The notes beneath the pieces were generated by a model. That model was not told where the DNA came from, ran no database searches, and was given only the letters and a program-made list of their open reading frames with translations. A DNA stretch of 64,000 bases from Bacilli bacterium (GTDB lineage: Bacteria; Bacillota_I; Bacilli_A; RF39; UBA660): the NCBI GenBank assembly GCA_017411405.1, contig JAFQQE010000010.1, positions 29,615 through 93,614 on the forward strand, written 5' to 3'. This document shows, one piece after another, positions 39,430-49,095 of the stretch (position 1 is its first letter; each line of letters starts with the position of its first letter). A program made the position numbers and the translations under genes.

Positions 39430-40440
39430 CTATTTAGTTTTTTCAAGTAAAACTTTCATAGTTCTAATCATTTGAGAAGTATAACCCCATTCATTATCAT
39501 ACCAAGCTACAACTTTGACTAATTGTTTATCATTTACAGTTAATACATTAGTTAATAATCCATCAACTAATGCACCAGTACTCTCTCCTAATATATCGCT
39601 TGAAACTACAGGATCCATAGTAATCTTAATTGCTTCAGATTCATTATCTTTAAATAATTTATTTATTTCTTCTAATGAAGTATTTTTCTTTAATTCTAAT
39701 GATAAATCTACTACCGATCCATCACCAACAGGTACTCTTAATGCTCCTCCATCAAGTTTTCCTTCGAGTTCAGGGATTACTTTGCCTATTGCACTCGCTG
39801 CTCCTGTACTAGATGGAATTATATTTAAACTTGCCGCTCTACCTCTTCTTGATTTTATTCCCTTTTTATGTGGAACGTCTAATGTTGATTGATCGTTTGT
39901 CATTGCATGAACAGTAGTCATAAATCCTTTTTCTATACCATATTCTTTATTTAATATATTTAACACTGGTGCCAAGCAATTTGTCGTACAACTTGCAGCA
40001 CTAATTACTGATTCTGTACCATCTAATTCTATATCATTTACTCCATAAACTATAGTTTTCATATTTCCTTTTCCTGGTGCTGAAATAATTACATGTTTTG
40101 CTCCTGCAACTATATGTTTATAAGCATCATCTAATTTAGTAAATAAACCTGTACATTCTAACACAACATCAATATCATTTTCTCTCCAAGGTAGTAACGA
40201 CGGATCTTTTTCACTGTATACTTTAATTTCTTTTCCTTTATAAATTATGGAATCATTATCAAATGATATATTTTCGCCATCAAATTTTCTATGATTAGTA
40301 TCATATTTTAAATAATACGATAATTCTTCAGCACTTGTTAAATCATTTATAGCTACTACTTCCATATCAGGTTCGTTAGCTATTAATCTAAACGCAAGTC
40401 TACCTATTCTTCCAAATCCATTTATTGCTATTTTTTTCAT
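39430..40440 (-). CDS. gap: Glyceraldehyde-3-phosphate dehydrogenase.
   Basis: N-terminal INGFGRIGR, catalytic ASCTTNCLAP, WYDNEWGYT near the C-terminus. Confidence 0.95.
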   Translation of the reverse strand: MKKIAINGFGRIGRLAFRLIANEPDMEVVAINDLTSAEELSYYLKYDTNHRKFDGENISFDNDSIIYKGKEIKVYSEKDPSLLPWRENDIDVVLECTGLFTKLDDAYKHIVAGAKHVIISAPGKGNMKTIVYGVNDIELDGTESVISAASCTTNCLAPVLNILNKEYGIEKGFMTTVHAMTNDQSTLDVPHKKGIKSRRGRAASLNIIPSSTGAASAIGKVIPELEGKLDGGALRVPVGDGSVVDLSLELKKNTSLEEINKLFKDNESEAIKITMDPVVSSDILGESTGALVDGLLTNVLTVNDKQLVKVVAWYDNEWGYTSQMIRTMKVLLEKTK

Positions 40441-40448
40441 TATATCCC

Positions 40449-41885
40449 TTACCCTTCATTAAATTCTGATTTTCCAATAAATTCTCTTAATACATTATCA
40501 CTTGCTAAATATTCACTACTAATAGGATAAAATGTTTTTAAACTATCAAGTAAACTTCTAGCTTTTTCATAATGTGGACTGTCCATTTTTACTGTATATA
40601 ATAATGGCTCCGCATAAACTTTAAGTACTCCTATTTCATATATGTAACTTGTATTTAATATTACATCTGCCTCATCAGTAAATGGAAATATATATTTATC
40701 TTCTCCATTTCTTACGCTATCCCACATAGATAAAGTCTTTTCAACACTAATTCCTCTAGTTCTATTATCTCTAATCATTCTTCTTAATAACCTGTTTTCT
40801 GTAGTTGAAATATAATTATGTCTATCTAATGTTAGTGGTGTTAAAGGACTTACATATATTTTATATTTATCTTCTTTAGGTATATTTTTGCTTACAACTT
40901 CATTTAAACAATGTAATCCTTCTACTAGTAATATATCGTTTTCATCTAATTTTATACTATCTCTATCAAAGTTTTTAGCACCTAATACAAAATTGTATTT
41001 TGGTAGCGTTACTTCTTTTCCTTTTAATAAATCACTTATTTGATTTCTAAATAATACTAAATCTATAGCATCTAAACTTTCTAAATCTCTTTTTCCAGTT
41101 TCGTCAGGAATTATCTCTTCTAATTCTTTATAATAATCATCTAAACTAACCTTAATAGTTTTCTTACCTAAAGAATTTAGAAATAATGATAATTTTCTAG
41201 TACTTGTAGTTTTTCCACTACTACTAGGACCTCCTAAAAATATAATTTTTTTATTTAATTTAACTATATTCTTAGCTATTTTCATCATAGAATCATCTAT
41301 TATAATGTCATTTTTCTTTATGAAATCTTCTATTTTACCTTGTGAAATTATTTTATTTAAATCAGAAACATAATGTATCCCCTGTTTATTTATCCATTCA
41401 TTATATTTATCAAATTCATTCATTATATTTTTCTTAAATTCAAATTCTCTTTTATTATCTGCATTATCTATTAAAACAAAATCATTGTTACTTAAATTAA
41501 CTATTTTAAAATAGTTTATTTCTTTAGTATTAGAAACAATATTAGAAAAGAAATAATTATATTTTCCTAATAATTCGTTAAATACAATTGTCTCATTTAT
41601 CATATTATTAATAGTTTCTGATTTTTCATATTCTTCATATCTATTATAATAATTTATTGCGTCTTTTCTACTTACATTTAGTTTTAATATTGGATAATTA
41701 CCATTAATATATTCTTTCATTTTATTAGTAATTAATTTGATTTCTTGTGCTGTTATTTTTTTATCTGTTATAAATTTCCCTCTCATACCAATATCTAAAC
41801 TATGACATATTTTAACATCACAATCTAAAACTTCTTTTGCTGCTATTATAAATAAAAATTTTAAACCTGCTTTTTCTTCTTTCAT
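40449..41885 (-). CDS. Uridine kinase-family protein fused to a ThrRS-like N-terminal (TGS/second additional) domain.
   Basis: 478 aa. C-terminal half has the PRK/uridine kinase P-loop IFLGGPSSSGKTTSTRKLS. Confidence 0.7.
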   Translation of the reverse strand: MKEEKAGLKFLFIIAAKEVLDCDVKICHSLDIGMRGKFITDKKITAQEIKLITNKMKEYINGNYPILKLNVSRKDAINYYNRYEEYEKSETINNMINETIVFNELLGKYNYFFSNIVSNTKEINYFKIVNLSNNDFVLIDNADNKREFEFKKNIMNEFDKYNEWINKQGIHYVSDLNKIISQGKIEDFIKKNDIIIDDSMMKIAKNIVKLNKKIIFLGGPSSSGKTTSTRKLSLFLNSLGKKTIKVSLDDYYKELEEIIPDETGKRDLESLDAIDLVLFRNQISDLLKGKEVTLPKYNFVLGAKNFDRDSIKLDENDILLVEGLHCLNEVVSKNIPKEDKYKIYVSPLTPLTLDRHNYISTTENRLLRRMIRDNRTRGISVEKTLSMWDSVRNGEDKYIFPFTDEADVILNTSYIYEIGVLKVYAEPLLYTVKMDSPHYEKARSLLDSLKTFYPISSEYLASDNVLREFIGKSEFNEG

Positions 41886-42019
41886 ATTATCCCTCTTTAC
41901 TTTATTAATTATATTCTATCATATATTTTATTATTTTGAAATTTTTTTATTAAATATTTTGTCTAATTTTTTATAGTATTAATATTTAATTTGTTTATAA
42001 AATATTAATAGGTGATAAA

Positions 42020-42586
42020 ATGTTTATTCCAACTATACAAGAAAGTACATCTAATGGAGAAAAAGTTTATGATATATATTCTAAATTATTAGATAATAGA
42101 ATTATTTTTATAAATGGTGAAATAAATGATAGTCTATCTAATTTAGTAATATCAGAATTATTATATTTAGATTCTATAAATCACAATGATATTGATATTT
42201 ATATAAATAGTCCTGGAGGTAGTGTTACAAGTGGACTTGCTATAGTAGATACTATGGATTTTATAAAAAGTGATGTTAGAACTACTGTAACTGGTATTGC
42301 TGCAAGCATGGCTTCTATTATTTTAGCAAATGGTACTAAAGGAAAAAGATATTCTTTAAAAAATAGTGAAGTTATGATACACCAACCACTCGGTAATACA
42401 AGTGGTCAAGCTACTGATATTGAAATTCATGCAAAAAGAATCATAAATAAAAAAAAGTTACTAAATAAATTGTTAGCAACCTTAACAAATCAAAGTATTA
42501 AAAAAATAGAAAAAGATACAGAAAGAGATAAGTATCTAACTAGTCTAGAAGCTTTAGAATATGGTTTAATAGATTCTATAATATAA
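42020..42586 (+). CDS. clpP: ATP-dependent Clp protease proteolytic subunit.
   Basis: Catalytic Ser in GIAASMASIIL and His in VMIHQPLG. 188 aa. Confidence 0.95.
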   Translation: MFIPTIQESTSNGEKVYDIYSKLLDNRIIFINGEINDSLSNLVISELLYLDSINHNDIDIYINSPGGSVTSGLAIVDTMDFIKSDVRTTVTGIAASMASIILANGTKGKRYSLKNSEVMIHQPLGNTSGQATDIEIHAKRIINKKKLLNKLLATLTNQSIKKIEKDTERDKYLTSLEALEYGLIDSII

Positions 42587-42816
42587 AATTTATAATTAAT
42601 CCTACTATTATAGATATAACCAATCCTATAAATTCGCCTATTATACCTTGTTTTATATGATACCAATAATTTTGGTATTCTTTTTTTATATCTTCTGTAC
42701 CAATAAAGATAAATCTTTCATATAATCACCAATATAAGTATAACAAATTGTAAATATTTCATCTAATAAATTTACAAATCATTATATAAAATGTTAAAAT
42801 AATATAGGTGATTTAA

Positions 42817-43809
42817 ATGATTATAAATAAAATAATTGAGTTAGCGAAAAAAGATAAAAAAAATATTGTATTAGTAGAAACAAATGATATTAGAACTTTA
42901 AAAGCTGCAAGCGAAGTAAAAAGTATGAACTTCGCTGATATAACTTTAATTGGAAATGAAGAAAATATTATGACTTTGGCTAAAGATAATAATATAATGC
43001 TTGATGACATTAAAATAATAGATCCTAAAACTTCTTTATTAACTAAAGAATTAATAGAAGAATTTTTTAATTTAAGAAAAAGTAAAGGAATGAGTTATGA
43101 AGAAGCAAGTGATATTATTTCAAATGATTATTTATATTTTGGAGATATGTTAGTTTATATGGATTATGCTGATGGATTGGTTGCTGGAGCAACACATTCA
43201 TCTAGTGATGTTTTAAGAGCTGCTTTGAAAACTGTTAAAACTGCACCTGATTCAAAAATAGTTTCTTCTTTCTTTTTAATGGAAACAGAAAATAAAAATA
43301 TAGGTCAAGATGGCATATTTATCTTTTCGGATTGTGGTATGATACAAAATCCTACTAGTGAAGAATTAGTGAATATTGCTTATTCTTCTCAGGAATCATT
43401 TAAGAAGTTAGTTGGAGAAATACCTAAAATTGCATTTTTATCCCATTCAACAAATGGTTCTAGTAAGTGTGAAGATGTAGATAAAGTAAAAAATGCAGTT
43501 AATATGTTTAAAGAAAAATATCCAAATATATTAGCTGATGGAGAATTACAATTGGATGCAGCAATAGTAAAAGAAATATCAGAAAAAAAATATCCTGATT
43601 CTAAAATAAAAGGAGATGCTAATATTTTGATTTTTCCTGATTTAGATGCTGGTAACATTGCATACAAGACTGCTGAAAGAATTGGAAATGCCAAAGCTTA
43701 TGGACCTATTACACAAGGTATAAGAAAGCCTATAAATGATTTATCAAGAGGTTGTAATTATAAAGATATAGTTGGTGCTATTGCAATAACTTGTGTACAA
43801 GCAAAATAA
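42817..43809 (+). CDS. pta: Phosphate acetyltransferase (phosphotransacetylase; PTA/PTB family).
   Basis: 330-aa PTA_PTB-fold protein with a C-terminus typical of Firmicute Pta. Assigned as pta rather than ptb by length. Confidence 0.65.
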   Translation: MIINKIIELAKKDKKNIVLVETNDIRTLKAASEVKSMNFADITLIGNEENIMTLAKDNNIMLDDIKIIDPKTSLLTKELIEEFFNLRKSKGMSYEEASDIISNDYLYFGDMLVYMDYADGLVAGATHSSSDVLRAALKTVKTAPDSKIVSSFFLMETENKNIGQDGIFIFSDCGMIQNPTSEELVNIAYSSQESFKKLVGEIPKIAFLSHSTNGSSKCEDVDKVKNAVNMFKEKYPNILADGELQLDAAIVKEISEKKYPDSKIKGDANILIFPDLDAGNIAYKTAERIGNAKAYGPITQGIRKPINDLSRGCNYKDIVGAIAITCVQAK

Positions 43810-43838
43810 AGAACTCAAACGAGTTCTTTTAATCTTTA
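43808..43838. terminator. Bidirectional intrinsic terminator between pta and spoVAE.
   Basis: Hairpin AAGAACTCaaacGAGTTCTT flanked by T-runs on both strands. Confidence 0.55.
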
Positions 43839-44179
43839 ACTTTAGTTAATAAAGTAAATATAAACGAGAATATAATAGCACTACATATTCCTAAACTAAC
43901 GTTACATAATAATTCATTAAATATTCCAATAAATCCTCCACTCAGATATCCTGAATATGCACTATTAAATAATGTATTTCCGAAAGATGTAATAGGTATA
44001 CTGGCACCTACTCCAACAAAATTAATTATTTTATCATAACAACCTAACATACCTAAAAATGCTCCTAATACTACTAAACTACTTGTTACATGTCCTGGTG
44101 TAAATTTTGTATTATCTAATATAATTTGTCCTATAAGACAAATAAAACCGCAAAATAGAAAACTATATATTATTGTCAT
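43829..44179 (-). CDS. spoVAE: Stage V sporulation protein AE.
   Basis: 116-aa membrane protein downstream of spoVAD and spoVAC, in the Clostridial spoVAC-AD-AE arrangement. Confidence 0.7.
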   Translation of the reverse strand: MTIIYSFLFCGFICLIGQIILDNTKFTPGHVTSSLVVLGAFLGMLGCYDKIINFVGVGASIPITSFGNTLFNSAYSGYLSGGFIGIFNELLCNVSLGICSAIIFSFIFTLLTKVKD

Positions 44180-45134
44180 TAGTAACCTCCAAACTAATTA
44201 AATGTGCAATTGATGGTATTGAATGTTTTTGATTTACTAACATAGGACTATGAAGTGAACCTGTTGCTATAGCTAATATTTTTTTATATTTTTTATTTTG
44301 TAATATATTATTGAAAAGAATTAGTGGTAAACATACAGGTCCGCTTCCACCACTATATTTTTCTTGTTCTTTTTTGTATATTATACTTCCTGCATCGATA
44401 TGATTTTTTATGTTAATATTATAATCTTCCTTTAATAGAATTTTAAATAGTTTTGTTCCGTAACTACCTAAGTCTCCCGTTAGAATTATATCGTAATCAT
44501 TTACACTGGTTTTTGTATAATCTAAGTGTTCTTTTAAAGTTTTTACAGCCGCCGGCGCCATTACAGCTCCCATATTATTTGCATCTTTTATTCCCATATC
44601 AACAATGCTTCCGATAGTGGAGCCTTTTATCTTTATATTGGACTTATTTTTTGATAAGACACAACCTACACTCCCTGTAGTAGTAAATGTTGTATAAGAA
44701 GGTTTTTGAGCACCATATTCAATTGGAAATCTAAATTGTTTTTCACTTGCTAAATTATGAGAACTTGTTATAGATATTCCTTCTTTTATACTTTTTCCAT
44801 TTATAAAATTAGATATTATTATCATTGATTCAACAAATGTAGCACAGGCATTATATACTCCTAAAAATGATATATTATTATTAACATTACTTGAACTAGT
44901 AGCAGTTATTTGATTCATTAAATCTCCGCCTACTATTAAATCAGTTTTAGTATTTATTAGATTATTTAAAACTTCTTTTTGCATTTTTATTTCAGAATCT
45001 TCTATAGTTTTTTCGCCGTAATAAAAATCATTTATGTATTTATTTACATTTTTTAAAATACCGTTATTTTCATTTTTACCAGCAATACTATAAAAATTAT
45101 TTATATATAGATCTTTATAGATAAAACTAGCCAT
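44163..45134 (-). CDS. spoVAD: Stage V sporulation protein AD (thiolase-like fold).
   Basis: 323 aa between spoVAC and spoVAE, with an overlapping start/stop at each junction. Confidence 0.7.
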   Translation of the reverse strand: MASFIYKDLYINNFYSIAGKNENNGILKNVNKYINDFYYGEKTIEDSEIKMQKEVLNNLINTKTDLIVGGDLMNQITATSSSNVNNNISFLGVYNACATFVESMIIISNFINGKSIKEGISITSSHNLASEKQFRFPIEYGAQKPSYTTFTTTGSVGCVLSKNKSNIKIKGSTIGSIVDMGIKDANNMGAVMAPAAVKTLKEHLDYTKTSVNDYDIILTGDLGSYGTKLFKILLKEDYNINIKNHIDAGSIIYKKEQEKYSGGSGPVCLPLILFNNILQNKKYKKILAIATGSLHSPMLVNQKHSIPSIAHLISLEVTNDNNI

Positions 45135-45564
45135 AAAACACCACCTTAATTAAACAAAATATAAATGCACTTACTATTCCATACAATATAACAGATCCGG
45201 CTAATTTAAAAAAGTTAGCACCTAGTCCTGTAATTAAACCATCTTTTTTATAATCTAATGCACTACTTTGAATAGAATGTGCAAATCCTGTTATCGGAAC
45301 AATTAATCCTGCTTTAAATTTTATAACCCATTTATCAAAATCAAAAAATGCTGTCATAAAACAAGCTACTATTACTAATATGAAAATTATTATGCTTGAT
45401 GCATCTGTAATTTTCATATCATATACATTTACTAAAATTAATTTTAATATTTCACATATAGCTCCAAGTAATCCTCCACTAATAAAAGCAATTAGTGAAT
45501 GTTTCATTTTTTTTGGTTTAGGTGTGGTATCATTAACTAGTTTTTGATATTTTAATTTTTCCAT
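45127..45564 (-). CDS. spoVAC: Stage V sporulation protein AC.
   Basis: 145-aa membrane protein immediately downstream of sigF. Confidence 0.7.
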   Translation of the reverse strand: MEKLKYQKLVNDTTPKPKKMKHSLIAFISGGLLGAICEILKLILVNVYDMKITDASSIIIFILVIVACFMTAFFDFDKWVIKFKAGLIVPITGFAHSIQSSALDYKKDGLITGLGANFFKLAGSVILYGIVSAFIFCLIKVVFYG

Positions 45565-45604
45565 TTAAAAACCTCCATTTTTATTATGAAGGTTTTCATT
45601 TTTT

Positions 45605-46264
45605 TTATGCACAAATATATTCTTTTATCTTTTTTTTGGACTTTGTTTCTAATCTAGATACTTTAACTTGATTAATTCCTAAAATACGTGCTACTTCTTC
45701 TTGTGTATAATCTTTAAAATATCTATAATCTATTACTTTTCTTTCTTCTTCAGATAATTTTTCAAGAGAATCCTTAATCAAAATCTTTGTATCATAATCT
45801 TCTTTATGGCCAATAAAATTATAAAGATTAGTTTCACTATTTAATTCAATATTATCATCTAAAGAAATAATATTACTACAAGTAATTACTACATCATTCA
45901 CTAAACTTATGTCTAATTCTAAAAATCTACTTATTTCATCTAATGATGGAGTTTTGTTAAATTTTTGAGTTAGTAATACTTTAGCATTTTCTATTCTTTT
46001 GTAGATTTTTAAGTAATTTTTATTAAGTTTAATATTTCTATTATTCTTAGCTAAATCATACATTTCTCCAAAAATATATTTATATGCAAATGTGTTAAAT
46101 TCTACACCAGAATTAATATTATAATTTTTTAATGCTTTTATAGCCCCAATATAGCCAGCCTGGTATAAATCAATATTTTCTACATTGTAAAACTTTTTAG
46201 CAATAAAATATATTATTTTTTTTAAACCTGGATCATTTATTACTTCATCTAAATTTGTATTCAT
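45605..46264 (-). CDS. sigF: Sporulation sigma factor F-like (sigma-70 family, regions 2-4).
   Basis: 219 aa. Region 2 (YQAGYIGAIKAL, FNTFAYKYIFGEM) and region 4 HTH (EVARILGINQVKVSRLE). Position directly downstream of the STAS protein and upstream of spoVA genes is as in spoIIA operons. Confidence 0.7.
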   Translation of the reverse strand: MNTNLDEVINDPGLKKIIYFIAKKFYNVENIDLYQAGYIGAIKALKNYNINSGVEFNTFAYKYIFGEMYDLAKNNRNIKLNKNYLKIYKRIENAKVLLTQKFNKTPSLDEISRFLELDISLVNDVVITCSNIISLDDNIELNSETNLYNFIGHKEDYDTKILIKDSLEKLSEEERKVIDYRYFKDYTQEEVARILGINQVKVSRLETKSKKKIKEYICA

Positions 46265-46272
46265 TTTTTCAC

Positions 46273-46596
46273 CTAAATTTGTAATATTTTAAGTGCACTT
46301 AATTCATTATTTGTTTCTTTATAAAATTCTAAATTAAATTTATTATTTACTACTAAAACTCTTCCATTATTATTTAATATAGCATTATATCCTAACAATA
46401 ATGATTTACTACCAACTTCATCAATACTAACTAATTCGTCAAAGTTATATACTAAATTTTTTATACCTTGACTTATAATAATAGGAATTAAAGTATCAAC
46501 TAACTTATTTGCCGTTAATTTATTTAAGGATCCTATTAACCTTACAAATAATATACCACTCTTATACTCCATATTTATATTTAACATAATCACCAT
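46273..46596 (-). CDS. spoIIAA: Anti-sigma-factor antagonist (STAS domain, SpoIIAA-like).
   Basis: 107-aa STAS fold. The region NFDELVSIDEVGSKSLLLGYN aligns to the SpoIIAA DLSGVSFMDSSGLGVIL block. The phospho-Ser position may be substituted. Confidence 0.65.
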   Translation of the reverse strand: MVIMLNINMEYKSGILFVRLIGSLNKLTANKLVDTLIPIIISQGIKNLVYNFDELVSIDEVGSKSLLLGYNAILNNNGRVLVVNNKFNLEFYKETNNELSALKILQI

Positions 46597-46633
46597 CTCC
46601 TATAATATAAATTATTTTTTATAAATTTTAAAC

Positions 46634-48211
46634 TTATTCGACATTATTTCTATTTCTTTTTTTCTTAATAAATAATATTATTTCTAATGCAATAAAATTT
46701 ATGATTATAATATATTTAATAAAACTCATTTTATTAATTTTTATTTTATCTGTTTTAACTTTTTCTTTATATTCTTCTAATAATTCAGTTTTATTACTTA
46801 CCTCTTCAGTATTAGAAAAATAATTTTCTTTATTTATTTCAGAACTTTTGCTTTGTTTAACTATTTTTAAATATTCTATATCATCTAATACTTCATATTT
46901 ATTATTTTCTACATAAGTTTCATTTTCTAATTCATTATTTATTTCTATATTATCTTTTTCTACATTTACTAATTCCTTATTTATTTCTATATTATCTTGT
47001 TCTATATTTTCTAATTCATTATTTATTTCTATATTATCTTGTTCTATATTTTCTAATTCATTATTTATTTCTATATTATCTTGTTCTACATTTTCTAATT
47101 CATTATTTATTTCTATATTATCTTGTTCTACATTCTTTATATCGTCTTTTTTATTTTCTATATTTTCATTATTTAAATCTAATATTTCCTCTTTAATCTC
47201 AGTTTGAGGTATATTCACAATTACTTCTTTTTTTACATTAATATCATTTAATTTAAAGTTACATTCATATACACCATTAACATTATAGTCAATATTACAA
47301 TCTATATTCGTTTTTCCACTACTATATTTTATATATTCTTCTATACTTTTAGTATTATTATTTATTTCAATAATATCCTCTATTTCTAATTTATCTCTTA
47401 AGTAATATTCTTCTATTTCTTTATAATCATCTAATATTATATTTTTTCCTTCTTTTTGATAATTATCTGTTTTTGTTATATTTTCTTTATAATGTTTATA
47501 TAATTTGATTTTATCTATATATTTATATTCAGCTTCATAGCTTTCTTCTTTATCATAGTCTTCGATATAATCAAAAGTAAATATATGTTTTCTTTTGATA
47601 GAGTTATTTAATAATATAGGTATAGCATTACCACATATATTAAATTTAATTTGATAATTTTTATCTATATCTGTGTATAAAATAATTTTTAATGATTCTA
47701 CATAATAAGGTTGTTTTAATAATGGTGAAATATAGTTAAATGCTTGATAGTAAAAATACGTATCATAGTCTTTATCATATAAATATTTTAATGTAGTACC
47801 AAATATACTGCTACTATATATATCATAAGTTAATAATTCTTCATTATTATAAATTTCTAATTCATAAAATTTAGTATTAAATGGTATTTCATCAAATATA
47901 AAATCAAAATCTTTTTCTTTGCTAACTTTTATATTTATATATTCATCATTTTCAGTATAATAATCAACTAATCTTTCTTCTATAATATAATCTTCGTAAT
48001 CTACAATATATTCTTCGTTTTCTTCCATATATCCAATATCTATATACTCTTTATCATAAGTATTATAAATTTTATATTTTTCTATCTTTATTAAATCTTC
48101 ATGTATATCATTAAGGCTTTCTACCTTTCTATATTCTCCATAATATACTTCTGCTATTACGTTATTTTGTAATGCAAAAAAACAAATAATAATAAATAAA
48201 TATTTTTTCAT
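46634..48211 (-). CDS. Secreted, C-terminally membrane-anchored acidic repeat protein.
   Basis: Signal peptide MKKYLFIIICFFALQNNVIA. Tandem 15-aa repeats (NNELENIEQDNIEIN). C-terminal TM plus KKKRNRNN. Confidence 0.6.
   Translation of the reverse strand: MKKYLFIIICFFALQNNVIAEVYYGEYRKVESLNDIHEDLIKIEKYKIYNTYDKEYIDIGYMEENEEYIVDYEDYIIEERLVDYYTENDEYINIKVSKEKDFDFIFDEIPFNTKFYELEIYNNEELLTYDIYSSSIFGTTLKYLYDKDYDTYFYYQAFNYISPLLKQPYYVESLKIILYTDIDKNYQIKFNICGNAIPILLNNSIKRKHIFTFDYIEDYDKEESYEAEYKYIDKIKLYKHYKENITKTDNYQKEGKNIILDDYKEIEEYYLRDKLEIEDIIEINNNTKSIEEYIKYSSGKTNIDCNIDYNVNGVYECNFKLNDINVKKEVIVNIPQTEIKEEILDLNNENIENKKDDIKNVEQDNIEINNELENVEQDNIEINNELENIEQDNIEINNELENIEQDNIEINKELVNVEKDNIEINNELENETYVENNKYEVLDDIEYLKIVKQSKSSEINKENYFSNTEEVSNKTELLEEYKEKVKTDKIKINKMSFIKYIIIINFIALEIILFIKKKRNRNNVE
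46921..47140. repeat. Tandem 45-nt coding repeats (about 5 copies) within the surface protein gene.
   Basis: Repeating unit attatttatttctatattatcttgttctatattttctaattc, with minor variants. Confidence 0.8.
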
Positions 48212-48254
48212 ATTTTCCTCCCTACATTTATATATATTAAGTATTTTTTTGCAT

Positions 48255-48300
48255 TTCCTTTTTTTTATTAAAAAAAACTGTTGCTTTTTAACAGTTTTAT
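48255..48300. terminator. Bidirectional intrinsic terminator.
   Basis: Hairpin AAAACTGTTgctttttAACAGTTTT flanked by T-runs on both strands. Lies downstream of the spoVS / small-TM gene pair. Confidence 0.55.
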
Positions 48301-48307
48301 CTTTTTT

Positions 48308-48496
48308 CTACTGATTATCAATATCTGTGTTGTCAAAATTACTCTTTTCTTCTGTATCGCTTTTTAATTCTATTTCATAAAAAGCATCTTTTATTGCAAT
48401 TTTTATTATGTAATATAAAAGATATGAGACAAGTGCAATAAGTGCTATATAAAATATACCAATTAATACATTAATCATATTATCTTGATTCAACAA
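48308..48496 (-). CDS. Small single-TM membrane protein.
   Basis: 62 aa, overlaps the spoVS stop by 17 nt. Hydrophobic core VLIGIFYIALIALVSYLLYYII. Confidence 0.35.
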   Translation of the reverse strand: MLNQDNMINVLIGIFYIALIALVSYLLYYIIKIAIKDAFYEIELKSDTEEKSNFDNTDIDNQ

Positions 48497-48749
48497 CTAA
48501 TTTTATAGCTGTCTTTTCCTCTCCTTCGATTAAAATATCAGAGAATGCAGGTATTACAATTAAATTTTGTCCAGAAGGCGCTAAGAATCCTCTTGCTATA
48601 CATATAGATTTAACAGCTTGATTTAAACTTCCAGCTCCTATAGTTTGAATTTCAACACTTCCATGTTCTCTAAATACATTTGCAATAGCTCCTGCTACCT
48701 TCGATGGATTAGATTTACTAGATACTTTTAAAATTTCCATTATTTTCAC
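48480..48749 (-). CDS. spoVS: Stage V sporulation protein S.
   Basis: 89 aa: MKIMEILKVSSKSNPSKVAGAIANVFREHG...AIKLVVESR, highly typical of SpoVS. Confidence 0.85.
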   Translation of the reverse strand: MKIMEILKVSSKSNPSKVAGAIANVFREHGSVEIQTIGAGSLNQAVKSICIARGFLAPSGQNLIVIPAFSDILIEGEEKTAIKLVVESR

Positions 48750-48795
48750 GCTCCTAATTAATAATATTAATTACAATAAAAAAAATGAATTTTTT

Positions 48796-49095
48796 TTAAT
48801 TCATTTTTATATTTTCTATAATTTGATTAATCTCTTCTTTACTTTTAAATCCAATAAACTTATTTACTTCTACACCATCTTTATAAATAAATACTGTAGG
48901 TATACTCATAACTCCATATTTAATTGCAAGTTCATTAAATTGGTCTGTATTAACTTTAACTACATTTAAATCCATTGTTTCAAGTACGCTCCCTAACATT
49001 TTACAAGGACCACACCAATCAGCATAAAAATCAACCAATACTATGCCTTCTTTTATTAAGTCATTTAAATTATTTTTTTCTAAATATTTAATCAT
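48796..49095 (-). CDS. trxA: Thioredoxin.
   Basis: 99 aa with WCGPCK active site. Confidence 0.9.
   Translation of the reverse strand: MIKYLEKNNLNDLIKEGIVLVDFYADWCGPCKMLGSVLETMDLNVVKVNTDQFNELAIKYGVMSIPTVFIYKDGVEVNKFIGFKSKEEINQIIENIKMN

Noticed and set aside
39515-39892. Plus-strand 125-aa ORF inside gap, and a similar ORF (43389-43694) inside pta.
   Set aside because: Antisense to unambiguous GAPDH and Pta coding sequences.
41886-42019. Looked for a CtsR operator (GGTCAAA direct repeat) upstream of clpP.
   Set aside because: No GGTCAAANANGGTCAAA-like element is present in the clpP upstream region.
46921-47140. A possible CRISPR array was suggested by regular repeats.
   Set aside because: The repeats are 45-nt in-frame coding repeats with no unique spacers, inside a signal-peptide-bearing ORF. 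They are not a repeat-spacer array.
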